This document shows positions 21,039 through 30,899 of a stretch of 64,000 bases of DNA, one piece after another (position 1 is the stretch's first letter; each line of letters begins with the position of its first letter). Under the pieces are notes generated by a model that was not told where the DNA came from, made no database searches, and worked only from the letters and a program-made list of their open reading frames with translations. The DNA comes from a bacterium (GTDB lineage: Bacteria; Zhuqueibacterota; Zhuqueibacteria; Zhuqueibacterales; Zhuqueibacteraceae), in assembly GCA_044869275.1 (NCBI GenBank), contig JBIOXB010000143.1:1-64000 (forward strand). Reading direction: 5' to 3'. The position numbers and the translations under genes are program-made.

Positions 21039-22975
21039 TCCATTCTCGAAGAATCTCACCAGCGTTAGGCGCGGCGGCGGGCGCGGCGATGATGATCGTC
21101 GTGCACGCCCTGCCGTTTTCCTTGGCACACGCCCAAGAAACGCTGGACACCAAGCAGTCTTTTCAACGCGGCGTGACTGCTTTGCAGGAAGGCCGCTATA
21201 CTGAAGCGCAGCAGGCTTTCAGCCGCATCACTGCGCGAGGCAGGGAAGAAGCGCTGTATACTGCGGCGCTCTATTTAGAGGCGCGCAGCGATTTCCAGCT
21301 GGACAATCCCGCCGCGGCGGCGCAAAATTTGCGCCTGCTGCTCGAAGCCGGTCCTAAAAGCCGTTACGCCGAACACGCACATTATCTGCTCGGCGTGCTG
21401 GCATACCGTGAAGGCAATCACGTCGAGGCGGCGAATGAATTCTTGTGGGTGGTGGATCGCGGCCAGACGCCGGGGCTGAAAAATGCCGCGCTGGCGCATG
21501 CGCAAATCCTTTTCGACGATTATTTGCAGCCCGCGGACATGCGCCGCCGCTTGCGCCGCGACTATCTCGGGACGGAAGGACTGGCGCTGGTGGCGCTCAA
21601 GCTGGCGCGCGCGGAGCTGGCGCAGGGCCGCCGCGCCGAGGGCCAAAAACTCATCGATGATTTTTTGCGGCTCTATCCCAACACCGTCCAGCGCAAACAG
21701 CTTGAGCAATGGGACGCTCTGCCCGAAAGTGTGGATACCCGCATCGTGCGCATCGGCGTGATCCTGCCGCTGACCGGCGTGGACAGCGAGGCAGGACGTG
21801 CCCTGCATCGCGGCATTCGCTATGCTCAATTGACAAAGAAGAATGGCGAGCGTTTGGTGGCGCAAGCCAATGCGGGCAGCAGCCCTACGAACAGCACGCC
21901 ACCGGTCGATTTTGTCGTGCGCGATTCGGAAAGCAGCATCGTGGGCTCTCTCAAGGCGGCGCAATTGCTGCTGTCCGATCCCAGCATCGTGGCTCTGGTC
22001 GGTGAATTTGACGGCGCTGCCAGCGCCGCGATCGCGGCTTTGGCGCAGGAAAAGGGCAGGCCGATCTTGATCCCCGTGGCCACGGAGGACGGCTTGACCA
22101 ATCTCGGCGAAAACGTTTTTCAAATGAATGCCAGCCGTGAAACCAAGGGCCGGGCTTTGGCCGAATACGCGTTCCGTTATTTGAATTGCCGCACCTTCGT
22201 CACGATCGCCCCACAAGAAAGTTACGGCCACGAAATGACCGACGGTTTCAGCGCGGCGGTAGATAGCTTGGGCGGTGAGATTCTCGCCCAGAAATGGTAC
22301 TACGGCGAGCCCGCGGACTTGAGCCGCATGCTCAAGGCGCTGCGCGAATCGGCTTTGCGCCGTGGCCTGGAAGACAGCTTGCGCGCGAGCGGTGTCACGG
22401 TGAACGCCGGCAATCGCGAAGGCTTCTGGCGCGATTACAGCTATCGCGTCGCGCTGAGCAACAAAGATCGCCAGGGGGCGGTGGAGGCGCTCTCGCACCC
22501 CGTCAAAAATGTTTCCGCCGTTTTCTTGCCGCTGTATGTCGAAGATATTCGCCTGGTCCTGTATCAATTGTATTCCTTCAACATTCAAGGCTTGCGCCTG
22601 GGCAGCGAGCACTGGCAGGAATTGGATGCCGACGCGCGCCGCGAATTGAACCGCCTGCTGGACGGCGTGGTGTTCACGAGCGACTATTTCGTGGATTGGG
22701 AAAGCGAAGCCGCACGGCAGTTCCGCACCGCTTTCCGCAAAGCGATGGGCGCGACGCCCGAGCGCTACGAAGTATTCGGCTACGACGCGGCCTCGATTAT
22801 GCTGGCCTGCGTGCGCCAGGGAGCGAAACAGCCGCAGCAATTCCGCCAGGCGATGGGCGCACTTTCCAGTTATCCCGGCTTGAAGGGACCGATCGATTTG
22901 AACAATCCCAAGCGCGTCAATAGCAGCGTCAATATTCTGCAATATTCGGGGAACGCTCTGAGGAAAGTAAGATAG
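21035..22975 (+). CDS. Exported TPR + periplasmic-binding-fold protein (LpoA/LppC-like)
   Basis: Signal peptide ending AHA, TPR-like helices, RIGVILPLTG and GYDAA motifs of the type-1 PBP fold. Confidence 0.75.
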   Translation: MIHSRRISPALGAAAGAAMMIVVHALPFSLAHAQETLDTKQSFQRGVTALQEGRYTEAQQAFSRITARGREEALYTAALYLEARSDFQLDNPAAAAQNLRLLLEAGPKSRYAEHAHYLLGVLAYREGNHVEAANEFLWVVDRGQTPGLKNAALAHAQILFDDYLQPADMRRRLRRDYLGTEGLALVALKLARAELAQGRRAEGQKLIDDFLRLYPNTVQRKQLEQWDALPESVDTRIVRIGVILPLTGVDSEAGRALHRGIRYAQLTKKNGERLVAQANAGSSPTNSTPPVDFVVRDSESSIVGSLKAAQLLLSDPSIVALVGEFDGAASAAIAALAQEKGRPILIPVATEDGLTNLGENVFQMNASRETKGRALAEYAFRYLNCRTFVTIAPQESYGHEMTDGFSAAVDSLGGEILAQKWYYGEPADLSRMLKALRESALRRGLEDSLRASGVTVNAGNREGFWRDYSYRVALSNKDRQGAVEALSHPVKNVSAVFLPLYVEDIRLVLYQLYSFNIQGLRLGSEHWQELDADARRELNRLLDGVVFTSDYFVDWESEAARQFRTAFRKAMGATPERYEVFGYDAASIMLACVRQGAKQPQQFRQAMGALSSYPGLKGPIDLNNPKRVNSSVNILQYSGNALRKVR

Positions 22976-23138
22976 CTCCACCTCCTCCCTTCGTCAAAGA
23001 CGGGTGTTCGCATGCACATGCTGGCCGGCCAACACGTGCACGGGCGAACCGGCAAGCATTTTCTCTGGATTGATTTTGGCTGATCTGGGTGGAGTTCTTT
23101 CAGCACGAACCTTAAACACGAACTCAGGAGAAAGGTCA

Positions 23139-23888
23139 ATGATGTTCCGTCACCGGCGTGCGTTCGCTTGTGCATTTTTGCTCATGGTTTCCACGGTCTG
23201 GGCGCAAAACACCGTGGACAATGTCAACCTATTTCAAACATATTTCCAAGACGCCACAATCGCCAAAAAAAGCAATGGTGAGGGTTTTTTCCAGTACGGC
23301 ACGTATAACAGCTTCTCCCTGATTGATCTCGCGGCGCAAGCCGCTTTTCCGGTGGCGCCACAATTCCAGGTCGGCGGCGCGCTGGCGTTTGAAAGCTATT
23401 CGCCTGATGTCGGCGACAGCGAATCAGGCGTTACGGACATTCTTTTATCCGGCCGTTATCAAGTGGTGCAGGGCAATACTCCGGTGGCGGTCGGGGCCTC
23501 GTTCACTTTGCCCGTGGGCAGTGAAAAACTCGGTGCAGGGAATTTCAACTTCGGCTTCTTCGGTTCGCTGCGCCACAAGGTTGAAAGCAGCCCGCTGACC
23601 TTGGCCGGAACTTTCGGCCTGGACTTCGTGGAAACCGCGGGACTCGGAGGAAACAGTGACCGCAAAACTTCTGTCCTGGTCGCAGGCAGTGTGATTTATC
23701 CCATGCGCAGCGGTTTGGGGCTGGTTTTTGAAATCAATCTGCAGCCCGACGACGATTATGCTCTGCTTTCCGGCGGCTTGGATTATCCGTTGAGCGGCGG
23801 CGGGCGGGTGCGCGGGGCACTCGGTTTGGGTCTGGATGATGCCGCCCCGGATTTTGCGTTTCGTTTGGGCTACGCCCTGGGGTTCTAG
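23139..23888 (+). CDS. Putative outer-membrane beta-barrel protein
   Basis: Signal peptide, alternating beta-strand pattern, C-terminal Phe (LGYALGF). Confidence 0.65.
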   Translation: MMFRHRRAFACAFLLMVSTVWAQNTVDNVNLFQTYFQDATIAKKSNGEGFFQYGTYNSFSLIDLAAQAAFPVAPQFQVGGALAFESYSPDVGDSESGVTDILLSGRYQVVQGNTPVAVGASFTLPVGSEKLGAGNFNFGFFGSLRHKVESSPLTLAGTFGLDFVETAGLGGNSDRKTSVLVAGSVIYPMRSGLGLVFEINLQPDDDYALLSGGLDYPLSGGGRVRGALGLGLDDAAPDFAFRLGYALGF

Positions 23889-23911
23889 TTCCGCCTAAAA
23901 ATTCTTGCCCA

Positions 23912-23945
23912 GGCTCGCCTCCCCCCGGCGAGCCATTCTGATTTC
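23912..23945 (+). terminator. Probable intrinsic terminator
   Basis: GGCTCGCC-loop-GGCGAGCC followed by attctgattt. Confidence 0.5.
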
Positions 23946-23955
23946 AGAAAAGTCC

Positions 23956-23984
23956 TTGCAACAGTGACGCCCGCCCGCTATATT
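23956..23984 (+). promoter_or_regulatory. Putative sigma70 promoter upstream of holA
   Basis: TTGCAA-N17-TATATT. Confidence 0.55.
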
Positions 23985-24172
23985 GACGTCAGTTTCGCAC
24001 AGAGCAGCCCTCCATGGAGCCAGAGCAGGACCCAGCGTGGGAGGATGAGGTTGCATCACCATACCGGAGTGGAAGAGTCCAGGCTCATGCTTTGCCTTCG
24101 CTCCGCAAGATTCAGAGCCTTGAAAAGTAATCTAACGGATTCATAAATACTCGATCTTAGAACCAGCTTTGC

Positions 24173-25207
24173 ATGAAATATCTCGAATTCTGCCATTCTC
24201 TCAAAGGCGGCGCACTGCGGCCGGTTTACTTTTTTAGCGGCGAAGAAGCAGGCTTAATTGACGAAGGCGTGAATCTGCTTCTGGAAAAACTGGTCACCCC
24301 GGATCTGCGTGATTTCAATTATGACGTTTTTTACGGCGGCGAAACCAACGCCAAGCGGATTTTGGATATCGCCGCCAGTTATCCCATGATGGCCCCCCAT
24401 CGCACCGTGCTGGTGCGGGACTTGCAAAAAATGCCTGCCGGCGAGCTCAATGCGCTCGCGGATTATGCGAAAAAACCCTGCCCCACGACACACCTGATCC
24501 TCACCCAACGCGAAAAGGCTTCCGGCAAAAAAGCGCTCGAGGCCTTGCAACGCGCCAGCACCGTGATTGAATGCAAGCCGCTTTATGACAACCAAATCGT
24601 GCCGTGGATTCAAAGTTTTGTTTCCAGAGCAGAGCGGGAGATCGCGCCCGAAGCGGCACAATGGCTCGCCACCGAAGTGGGAAACTCCATTCACGTGCTG
24701 CGCGGCGAGCTGGAAAAAATTTTCATTTTTGTTGGCGCGCAGCGGCGCCTCGCGCTCGAATTGGTGCAGGAAGTGGCGGGAGCGCGGCGCGAGTTTTCGG
24801 TATTCTCATTGCAGGACGCGCTGGGCGAAAAGAATCTCGTGCAAGCGTTGCGCATTGCCGACCAGCTCGTGACCAGTACCAACCTCGGCGCCCTTTTCAG
24901 CACGCTGGCGAGATATTTCAGCCATATGTACCTCGCCCACGCTTTGCCGCGGCAGCAGGAGCTGGCGCAATTGTCCGAAAAAACCGGTGTGCATTCTCTT
25001 TTTGCGGAACGCCTGCAAAAGGCTGCCAGCCGATACGAGCCAGCAGCCGTGCTGAATGCGTTCGAAGTTTTGCAGCACGCCGATTATCTGGCCAAAAGCC
25101 AGAATTTTTCGCAGAGTCTTTTGATGCGGCTGGTGATCATCGCCATTATCCGAAAACTGCCCGCGCGTTATTTGCCGTTTCCTCGGCAGGCGGCTGTGGG
25201 GAGCTAA
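24173..25207 (+). CDS. holA: DNA polymerase III delta subunit
   Basis: PVYFFSGEE, DFNYDVFYG, YPMMA and ELEKI pattern; 344 aa. Confidence 0.88.
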   Translation: MKYLEFCHSLKGGALRPVYFFSGEEAGLIDEGVNLLLEKLVTPDLRDFNYDVFYGGETNAKRILDIAASYPMMAPHRTVLVRDLQKMPAGELNALADYAKKPCPTTHLILTQREKASGKKALEALQRASTVIECKPLYDNQIVPWIQSFVSRAEREIAPEAAQWLATEVGNSIHVLRGELEKIFIFVGAQRRLALELVQEVAGARREFSVFSLQDALGEKNLVQALRIADQLVTSTNLGALFSTLARYFSHMYLAHALPRQQELAQLSEKTGVHSLFAERLQKAASRYEPAAVLNAFEVLQHADYLAKSQNFSQSLLMRLVIIAIIRKLPARYLPFPRQAAVGS

Positions 25208-25367
25208 ATCGCGTGGGGTTCACCTCGAGGGACGATTTGAAACGCACGTGCGCACCGCCAGCGCCGGCTTTGAAGCCGGCATTCCCGGGGCGGGCTGGGA
25301 GCATAAGAGTGGAAAGACCTCCGGTTTAGAACAGGAAAGTCGACAACCCTTCGCGGGAAGGAAGTAG

Positions 25368-25976
25368 ATGGAGGATAATGCAAAGAAAGATTTGGAGCAA
25401 CTCTCCGATGAAGACCTGATCGAGCGCTTTCAGCAGGGCGACAACAATGCCTACGAGTTGATCGTCAAACGGTACAAAAATCAATTATTGAATTTTGTAT
25501 TTCGCTTTTTGGGCAATCAGGAAGAAGCCGAAGACGTGATTCAGGAGACTTTTCTTCGGGTTTTTCGGAACCGGTTTGCATACACCCGGGTGGCCAAATT
25601 TTCAACCTGGATTTATACGATTGCAGGAAATTTGGCGCGCACGGAATTGCGCCGCCGCAAAAGGAGACGTTTGTTCTCCATTTCGGATATGGGACTGGAA
25701 GACCGTGATTACGAAATTGCGGACGATCTTCTGAATCCGGAAGCGCAAGCCAACAGCACTTTGCAGGAAGAAATCATCCAGCGTGAGATCGGCAAGCTCT
25801 CCCCCAAGTTTCGCGAAGTGATTATTTTACGTGATGTGCAGGAACTTTCGTATGAAGAGATTAGTAAGATTATTCGGGTTCCGATTGGAACAGTGAAGTC
25901 GCGCGTCAATCGTGCCCGTCTCCGCCTGCAAAACCGCCTAAAAATACTTTTGGAAAAAAGCAAACCCAAGCAATAA
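25368..25976 (+). CDS. rpoE: ECF sigma factor (RpoE-like)
   Basis: AEDVIQETFL, KFSTWIYTIA.N and SYEEI...PIGTVKSR.NRAR. Confidence 0.92.
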   Translation: MEDNAKKDLEQLSDEDLIERFQQGDNNAYELIVKRYKNQLLNFVFRFLGNQEEAEDVIQETFLRVFRNRFAYTRVAKFSTWIYTIAGNLARTELRRRKRRRLFSISDMGLEDRDYEIADDLLNPEAQANSTLQEEIIQREIGKLSPKFREVIILRDVQELSYEEISKIIRVPIGTVKSRVNRARLRLQNRLKILLEKSKPKQ

Positions 25977-26032
25977 GTCCGGCTCTTACACGAGGAGTCT
26001 CGAGCAGAAACTTGCTACAACAAAGGTTACAC

Positions 26033-26626
26033 ATGAATACCTGTAAAAGGCTCTCCGAGTCATTCTCGGATTACGCCGAGAATGCTATGTTTCCCGAACA
26101 GCGGCGCGCCTTGGAAGCGCACCTATCTGTTTGCCCCGGCTGTCATGCGGAAGTTGCCCGCCTGCAAAACTTGCGTGGCGCTTTGAGCCATTTGAACAAG
26201 CTACAAGCCCCGCCGGATTTCGAAGCGATACTTCGCGCACGCCTCCGGCGCGAAGGAAAACGCGCGGTGGTGCCGGCTCAAGCTCCGCACCGGCCCTTCT
26301 TCGTGCCGCGTTTCGCACTTTTTGGCCTGGCCGTCACGCTCGTGTTTTTGTCCGTGAGTTTTTGGTGGCGACATAATTCTGGCGGCAATGCCATTGCCCC
26401 GGTTTCATTCTCCGCGCAATCACCTCTTTACCGCATCGCTTCCCCCGTCATTCCCTTGACTGCACACATCCTTTACACCTTGGATAAGTTCACTCCCAAC
26501 GCATGGCCGCTGTCGAAGAGCCGCAAGGGCGAAGAGCACTCCTCGCTTTCGGATTCTTTGTCGGTCAACCCCGAGGAGCTGCCGCACGGACCGCAGAACA
26601 GCCGCGCTTCCCTTTTTTCTCTCTAA
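26033..26626 (+). CDS. Zinc-binding (ZAS) transmembrane anti-sigma factor
   Basis: HLSVCPGC (HxxxCxxC), one TM helix, directly after the ECF sigma gene. Confidence 0.85.
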   Translation: MNTCKRLSESFSDYAENAMFPEQRRALEAHLSVCPGCHAEVARLQNLRGALSHLNKLQAPPDFEAILRARLRREGKRAVVPAQAPHRPFFVPRFALFGLAVTLVFLSVSFWWRHNSGGNAIAPVSFSAQSPLYRIASPVIPLTAHILYTLDKFTPNAWPLSKSRKGEEHSSLSDSLSVNPEELPHGPQNSRASLFSL

Positions 26627-26641
26627 CATGGTGATCGAAAA

Positions 26642-27922
26642 GTGCAGCGAACAATTTTAGAACAGTGGTTGCGCCTTCAGGCGGCGCCGTTAGGGCAAAA
26701 AGCGTGGCGCCGCAGCCTGAGAGATTTGTGCCTGTGCGTGGGAGCATACGGGATCATCTTTTCAACCACTCCGGCACATGCTCAGCCTCTGCTTTCAGCC
26801 TTGGAACTGGAAATCTCCAGTGTGGTCAAATTTGCCCAGCCCGCGGTGGTGACTGTCATCAACATTACCAAAGCCGCGGCGGGGAAACCAGGGGGCGGAC
26901 TGTTCGAATTTTTTCGCGAACGGCAGGCCGACGAAAGCAAGGTCAAGGTGGGCACAGGCTTGATCATCAGCAGCGATGGCTTCATTCTGACGAAAGAATC
27001 CGTGATTCGCGACGCCGAGCGCATCGAGTTGTCGCTGGACGACGGCTCGATGTATCCCGTCGAATGGGTGGCGCGCGATTCGGTGCGCGGCATTGCCGTG
27101 CTGAAAATTTTCGGGCAAAACCTGGCGCACGCCAGGATTGGCATGCAAAGCGACATTCGCGCCGGTTCTTGGATTACGGTGATCGGCAATTCGCTGGGTG
27201 TGCCGCATGCGGTCTCCGTCGGCGTGATCAGCGCGGTACAACCTGACGGCATGATGCAAATATCCGCCAATGTCGATCCGGGCAGCAACGGCTCGCCGGT
27301 GTTCAACGTGAAAGCCGAGGCCATCGGCATCGTGGCCGGGCGGATCAGCGTAGCGGAAAATGTCAATGATCATGAGCATTACTTCGGCAGCACGGCGCTG
27401 GTTTACAGCCTGCTGGATTTGATGCCTTTCTTGCAAGCGTCCATAGAAAAGTACTATGCCAGCCACGGATGGATCGGGGTGACGGTGGTAACCGACTCTT
27501 TGTCCGGCGAGCATCCGCGCGTGTTGAAATTGCACGAACAAGGCCCCGGCGATAAAGCGGGACTGCAACTGGGCGACGTCATCACGAATTTCAACGACGA
27601 GCCCGTGACTTCTTCCAATCGATTGCGTGAATTGGTGATGGAATTGCAGCCCGGGCAAGAGGTGGCGGTACGCGTGCGGCGCGAGCATCAGGATCTGGTT
27701 TTGCGCGTGCTCGTGGGCCAAAAAGCCCCGGTGGCGCTGCAGGAATTGGCGGTGCATCGCGAAAAGAAATCCGCGCCCCTGGAACCCGTTCCCACTTCGT
27801 CCCCGGCAAGTGAGTCCGGCGCCAATTCGCTGTGGCTGCAGCGCCGTTTGGACGCCTTGGAAAGAGAAGTCCGGACACTGCAAAACTACTATCAACAAAG
27901 TGTTTACCCCAAGAAGAATTGA
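26642..27922 (+). CDS. HtrA/DegP-fold protein with one PDZ domain; catalytic triad degenerate
   Basis: PAVVTV, GTGLIISSDGFILT, AVSVGVISA, WIGVT and AGLQLGDVI; triad motifs read TKESV, RGIAV and PGSNGSP. Confidence 0.85.
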   Translation: MQRTILEQWLRLQAAPLGQKAWRRSLRDLCLCVGAYGIIFSTTPAHAQPLLSALELEISSVVKFAQPAVVTVINITKAAAGKPGGGLFEFFRERQADESKVKVGTGLIISSDGFILTKESVIRDAERIELSLDDGSMYPVEWVARDSVRGIAVLKIFGQNLAHARIGMQSDIRAGSWITVIGNSLGVPHAVSVGVISAVQPDGMMQISANVDPGSNGSPVFNVKAEAIGIVAGRISVAENVNDHEHYFGSTALVYSLLDLMPFLQASIEKYYASHGWIGVTVVTDSLSGEHPRVLKLHEQGPGDKAGLQLGDVITNFNDEPVTSSNRLRELVMELQPGQEVAVRVRREHQDLVLRVLVGQKAPVALQELAVHREKKSAPLEPVPTSSPASESGANSLWLQRRLDALEREVRTLQNYYQQSVYPKKN

Positions 27923-27945
27923 TTTCCGGGCACTGAGGAGCGGCT

Positions 27946-28212
27946 GTGATTCTCGCAAAGGTGATTGGCACGGTGTGGGCCACGCGCAAAGATGAAAAAA
28001 TGAACGGCCTGAAATTGCAGATCGTACGGCCGGTCGATCTGCAATACAAAGACAAAGAAGGATTTTTCGTCGCTGTTGACGCCGTGGGCGCAGGCGTAGG
28101 CGAAATCGTGCTTGTGGTGCAGGGCAGCTCCGCGCGGCAAACCAAGCAGACGGAAAACAAACCGGTGGATGCGACGATTATGGCCATCGTCGATAAATTG
28201 GATGCTTCGTGA
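27946..28212 (+). CDS. EutN/CcmL-family microcompartment vertex protein (BMC-P)
   Basis: LAKVIGTVWATRK, VAVDAVGAGVGE, GSSAR and PVDATIMAIVD; GTG start after GAGGAG. Confidence 0.93.
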   Translation: MILAKVIGTVWATRKDEKMNGLKLQIVRPVDLQYKDKEGFFVAVDAVGAGVGEIVLVVQGSSARQTKQTENKPVDATIMAIVDKLDAS

Positions 28213-28280
28213 GAATCTCTCTATTGCTGCGATAATCTCCTCACCTAAGAAAGTTGTTTGTTGGGGCGGCCTCAAATTCA

Positions 28281-28309
28281 TTGACAATGCGCTTGTGAAT
28301 ACCTATTTT
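28281..28309 (+). promoter_or_regulatory. Putative sigma70 promoter for the second BMC-P gene and rdgB
   Basis: TTGACA-N17-TATTTT. Confidence 0.6.
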
Positions 28310-28385
28310 TATTCGCTTCATCCATCTGATCAGAGGCCATTGGCTGCAACTCTAATCACAGCACGATAATATTTTTCACCTCAAC

Positions 28386-28652
28386 ATGTTCTTGGCACGC
28401 GTGATCGGCACCCTCTGGGCGACTCGCAAAGACGAAAGCCTGGAAGGAGCCAAAATGCAAATCCTGCAACCCCTCGATCGTTTTTCCAAGCCCAAGGGCT
28501 CCCCGTTGATCGCCATCGACACCGTGGGCGCGGGGCCAGGCGAAACGGTTTTCTACATCACTGCTCGCGAAGCCACTATCCCTTTGCGCCACGGCCTTTC
28601 CCCGGTCGATGCCTCCATCGTCGGCATCGTCGATACCATCGAAAACTATTGA
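28386..28652 (+). CDS. Second EutN/CcmL-family vertex protein (BMC-P)
   Basis: LARVIGTLWATRK, IAIDTVGAGPGE and PVDASIVGIVD; TAREA replaces GSSAR. Confidence 0.92.
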   Translation: MFLARVIGTLWATRKDESLEGAKMQILQPLDRFSKPKGSPLIAIDTVGAGPGETVFYITAREATIPLRHGLSPVDASIVGIVDTIENY

Positions 28653-28659
28653 GCAGCGT

Positions 28660-29268
28660 ATGGCCGCTGAGCGACTCCGATTGGTTTTGGCGACGCGCAA
28701 TCACGACAAAATTCTGGAAATCCGCGCCGCCATGGCAGGGCTGGCGCTGGAGATTCTGTCGCTCGACGCTTTTCCGGAGGCACCCGAGGTGATCGAAGAT
28801 GGAGAAACATTGGAAGCGAACGCCGGCAAGAAAGCCCTGCAAATTCATCGCCACACCGGTTTGCCCGCGCTGGCGGACGACACCGGCTTGTTCGTCACCG
28901 CCCTGCATGGCGCGCCCGGCGTGCACAGCAGCCGCTATGCCGGGGAAAAAGCCAGCTATCAAGACAATGTCAACAAACTTTTGTTTGAAATGCGCGAGGT
29001 GCCGGCAGAGAAGCGCGCCGCGGAATTTGCCACGGTGATGGCCTTTGCGCGGAATGGCCGCGTGCACCTGCTGCGCGGCACGTGCGCCGGCAGCATCGCC
29101 TTTGCGCCACGCGGCGCGGGCCGTTTCGGTTACGATCCGGTATTCCTCGTGGCCGGGCAATTTCGCACGTATGCGGAGATGGCGCTGGCCGAGAAAAATG
29201 TGCTCAGCCATCGCGGCCGCGCCCTCTCAGAACTGAAGAAATTCTTGACGCAGCTTGGGTTGGTTTAG
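28660..29268 (+). CDS. rdgB: Non-canonical purine NTP pyrophosphatase RdgB/HAM1
   Basis: LATRN..K, ADDTGL, APGVHSSRYAG, FGYDPVF and KN.LSHRG. Confidence 0.95.
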   Translation: MAAERLRLVLATRNHDKILEIRAAMAGLALEILSLDAFPEAPEVIEDGETLEANAGKKALQIHRHTGLPALADDTGLFVTALHGAPGVHSSRYAGEKASYQDNVNKLLFEMREVPAEKRAAEFATVMAFARNGRVHLLRGTCAGSIAFAPRGAGRFGYDPVFLVAGQFRTYAEMALAEKNVLSHRGRALSELKKFLTQLGLV

Positions 29269-29285
29269 CTCGAGGAGAAACGCTG

Positions 29286-30797
29286 ATGTTTGCCAAAATG
29301 GTGAGTTTCAAATTTCGGGTGACGCAAAAGCGTCATGCCCTTCTTTCCGCAGCTGCCGTCGCGCTGCTGTTCTGGACTTGCAGCGAGAAGACTTCTCCCA
29401 ATCTTCCCGATCCGTTCCCGGATTTGCATGTGACCAGCGTGTCACCGGCCAGCAACGCCACCAATGTGCCGCTGAACACGAATGTCGTGACCACTTTCAG
29501 CCAGCAAATGAACCTGGGCACGATCGGCTTGATCTTGGCACCGTTGCCACCGGATTTTTATTCAACTTTGGAATTGAGCAGCGACCGCCGGCAAGTGATT
29601 TCACGCGCAGCGCTGTCGCCAAACACTTCTTACTCGCTGGTGGTATTCTCCGCCGTGGATCGTTACGCCGACATCTTGCGCGCGCCATTTGCGAGCCGGT
29701 TTCACACGGCGAGCACGGCACCCACTGGCAGCGTCAGCGGGAATGCGGCCGCGCCCTTCAATGCACCGACGCAGGGTTTCGCCGGGTTATTGCGCAGGCC
29801 CCTGCAAACCGTGATCGATTCCGACAATGCCGATCAAGAATTCAGCGATCATCTCGCGGCCGTTTCTTCCATTGTGGATGCCTCTGGTGCATATGAAATC
29901 GCCGCCGTCGCGCCGGGCACGTACTGGCCCTTCGCGGTTTTGGATGTTGACCGCAACGGCCGGGTCAATTTGCGAGACTCCGATCTTTTGCAGGGCTATG
30001 ATACAAATGGCGACGCTCTGGCAGACAGCGTGACCGTTGCAGTGGGCGGCATTCAGAATATTCAACTGAACACTCGCGTCCTGCGCACTCAAGCTCCTGC
30101 TTTGCTGGTGGAAAGCTATGTCCCTGCCGATGAGGCCAGAAATCTATCCCTGCAATCGGAATTTCGATTGACTTTTAATGCGCCGCTGGACACCAGCAAG
30201 TTCGGCTTGTTCATTTCGCCGGAGCCCGCGGGTTTTTCGAAGGCGAGCCTCGCATTGAGCGGCGACGCCAGAACCTTGTCGAGCACGCTCGCTTTGCAGG
30301 CAAATACCGCTTATTCCGCCTTGTTGTTTGCCGCAAACGGTACGAGCGGTCAAGTTCTGCGGGTGCCGTTGCTGCTCCAATTCTCTTCAGGGAATAGTTT
30401 CCCTGCTGGCGAGGTGAGCGGTCAAGTGGCTTTCGGTTTGAGTCCGGATTCCACCAAATACACGCTCGTCGGCTTGTTGCGTGAAGACGTGCCGAAGCTG
30501 CTCAACCGCGTTATTTTGGGAGGTGAGAATGTGAATAAAGTATTGAGCAGCGCGCTGGAGGCGATGGCCTTCGTTCCAGATGAATCGGGGAATTTCGCCA
30601 TTACCTATATCCGAAACGGCATTTACTGGCCGGTGGCGGCAAAAGATTTCAACGGCAATGGCTCATTTGATTTGGGCAGCGATCCCATCGGCATTTACGA
30701 CCGCGATGGCGACAGATTCCCCAGCGTGGGTGACAGTGTGGTGGTGCGCAACGGCGAACCTGTGAGAAATTTGGTGATCACTCAGCTGCGCTTCTAG
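29286..30797 (+). CDS. Lipoprotein with two Ig-like (Big_5-like) + DxDxDG modules
   Basis: Lipobox-like LFWTC; VTSVSPASNATNVPLNT and VESYVPADEARNLSL repeats; two YWP.A..D.[DN].NG motifs. Confidence 0.7.
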   Translation: MFAKMVSFKFRVTQKRHALLSAAAVALLFWTCSEKTSPNLPDPFPDLHVTSVSPASNATNVPLNTNVVTTFSQQMNLGTIGLILAPLPPDFYSTLELSSDRRQVISRAALSPNTSYSLVVFSAVDRYADILRAPFASRFHTASTAPTGSVSGNAAAPFNAPTQGFAGLLRRPLQTVIDSDNADQEFSDHLAAVSSIVDASGAYEIAAVAPGTYWPFAVLDVDRNGRVNLRDSDLLQGYDTNGDALADSVTVAVGGIQNIQLNTRVLRTQAPALLVESYVPADEARNLSLQSEFRLTFNAPLDTSKFGLFISPEPAGFSKASLALSGDARTLSSTLALQANTAYSALLFAANGTSGQVLRVPLLLQFSSGNSFPAGEVSGQVAFGLSPDSTKYTLVGLLREDVPKLLNRVILGGENVNKVLSSALEAMAFVPDESGNFAITYIRNGIYWPVAAKDFNGNGSFDLGSDPIGIYDRDGDRFPSVGDSVVVRNGEPVRNLVITQLRF

Positions 30798-30899
30798 ACG
30801 AGCAGGATTTTTGCACAAAATTGCCGAGAATTGCCTGAAATTCTGCTTGATTTTTAGCACCTAAATGATTTATCTTCATGAGTGTTTTTGAAAAGGACT

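Noticed and set aside
2554..22981. Long antisense ORFs (2554-4014, 7231-8814, 10133-11395, 21275-22981; likewise 53349-55064)
   Set aside because: Shadow frames of well-supported high-GC genes on the opposite strand, with no recognisable motifs.
24001..24120. Possible 21-bp periodic array upstream of holA (AGAGCAG at 24001 and 24022)
   Set aside because: Only two convincing units; the periodicity does not continue.
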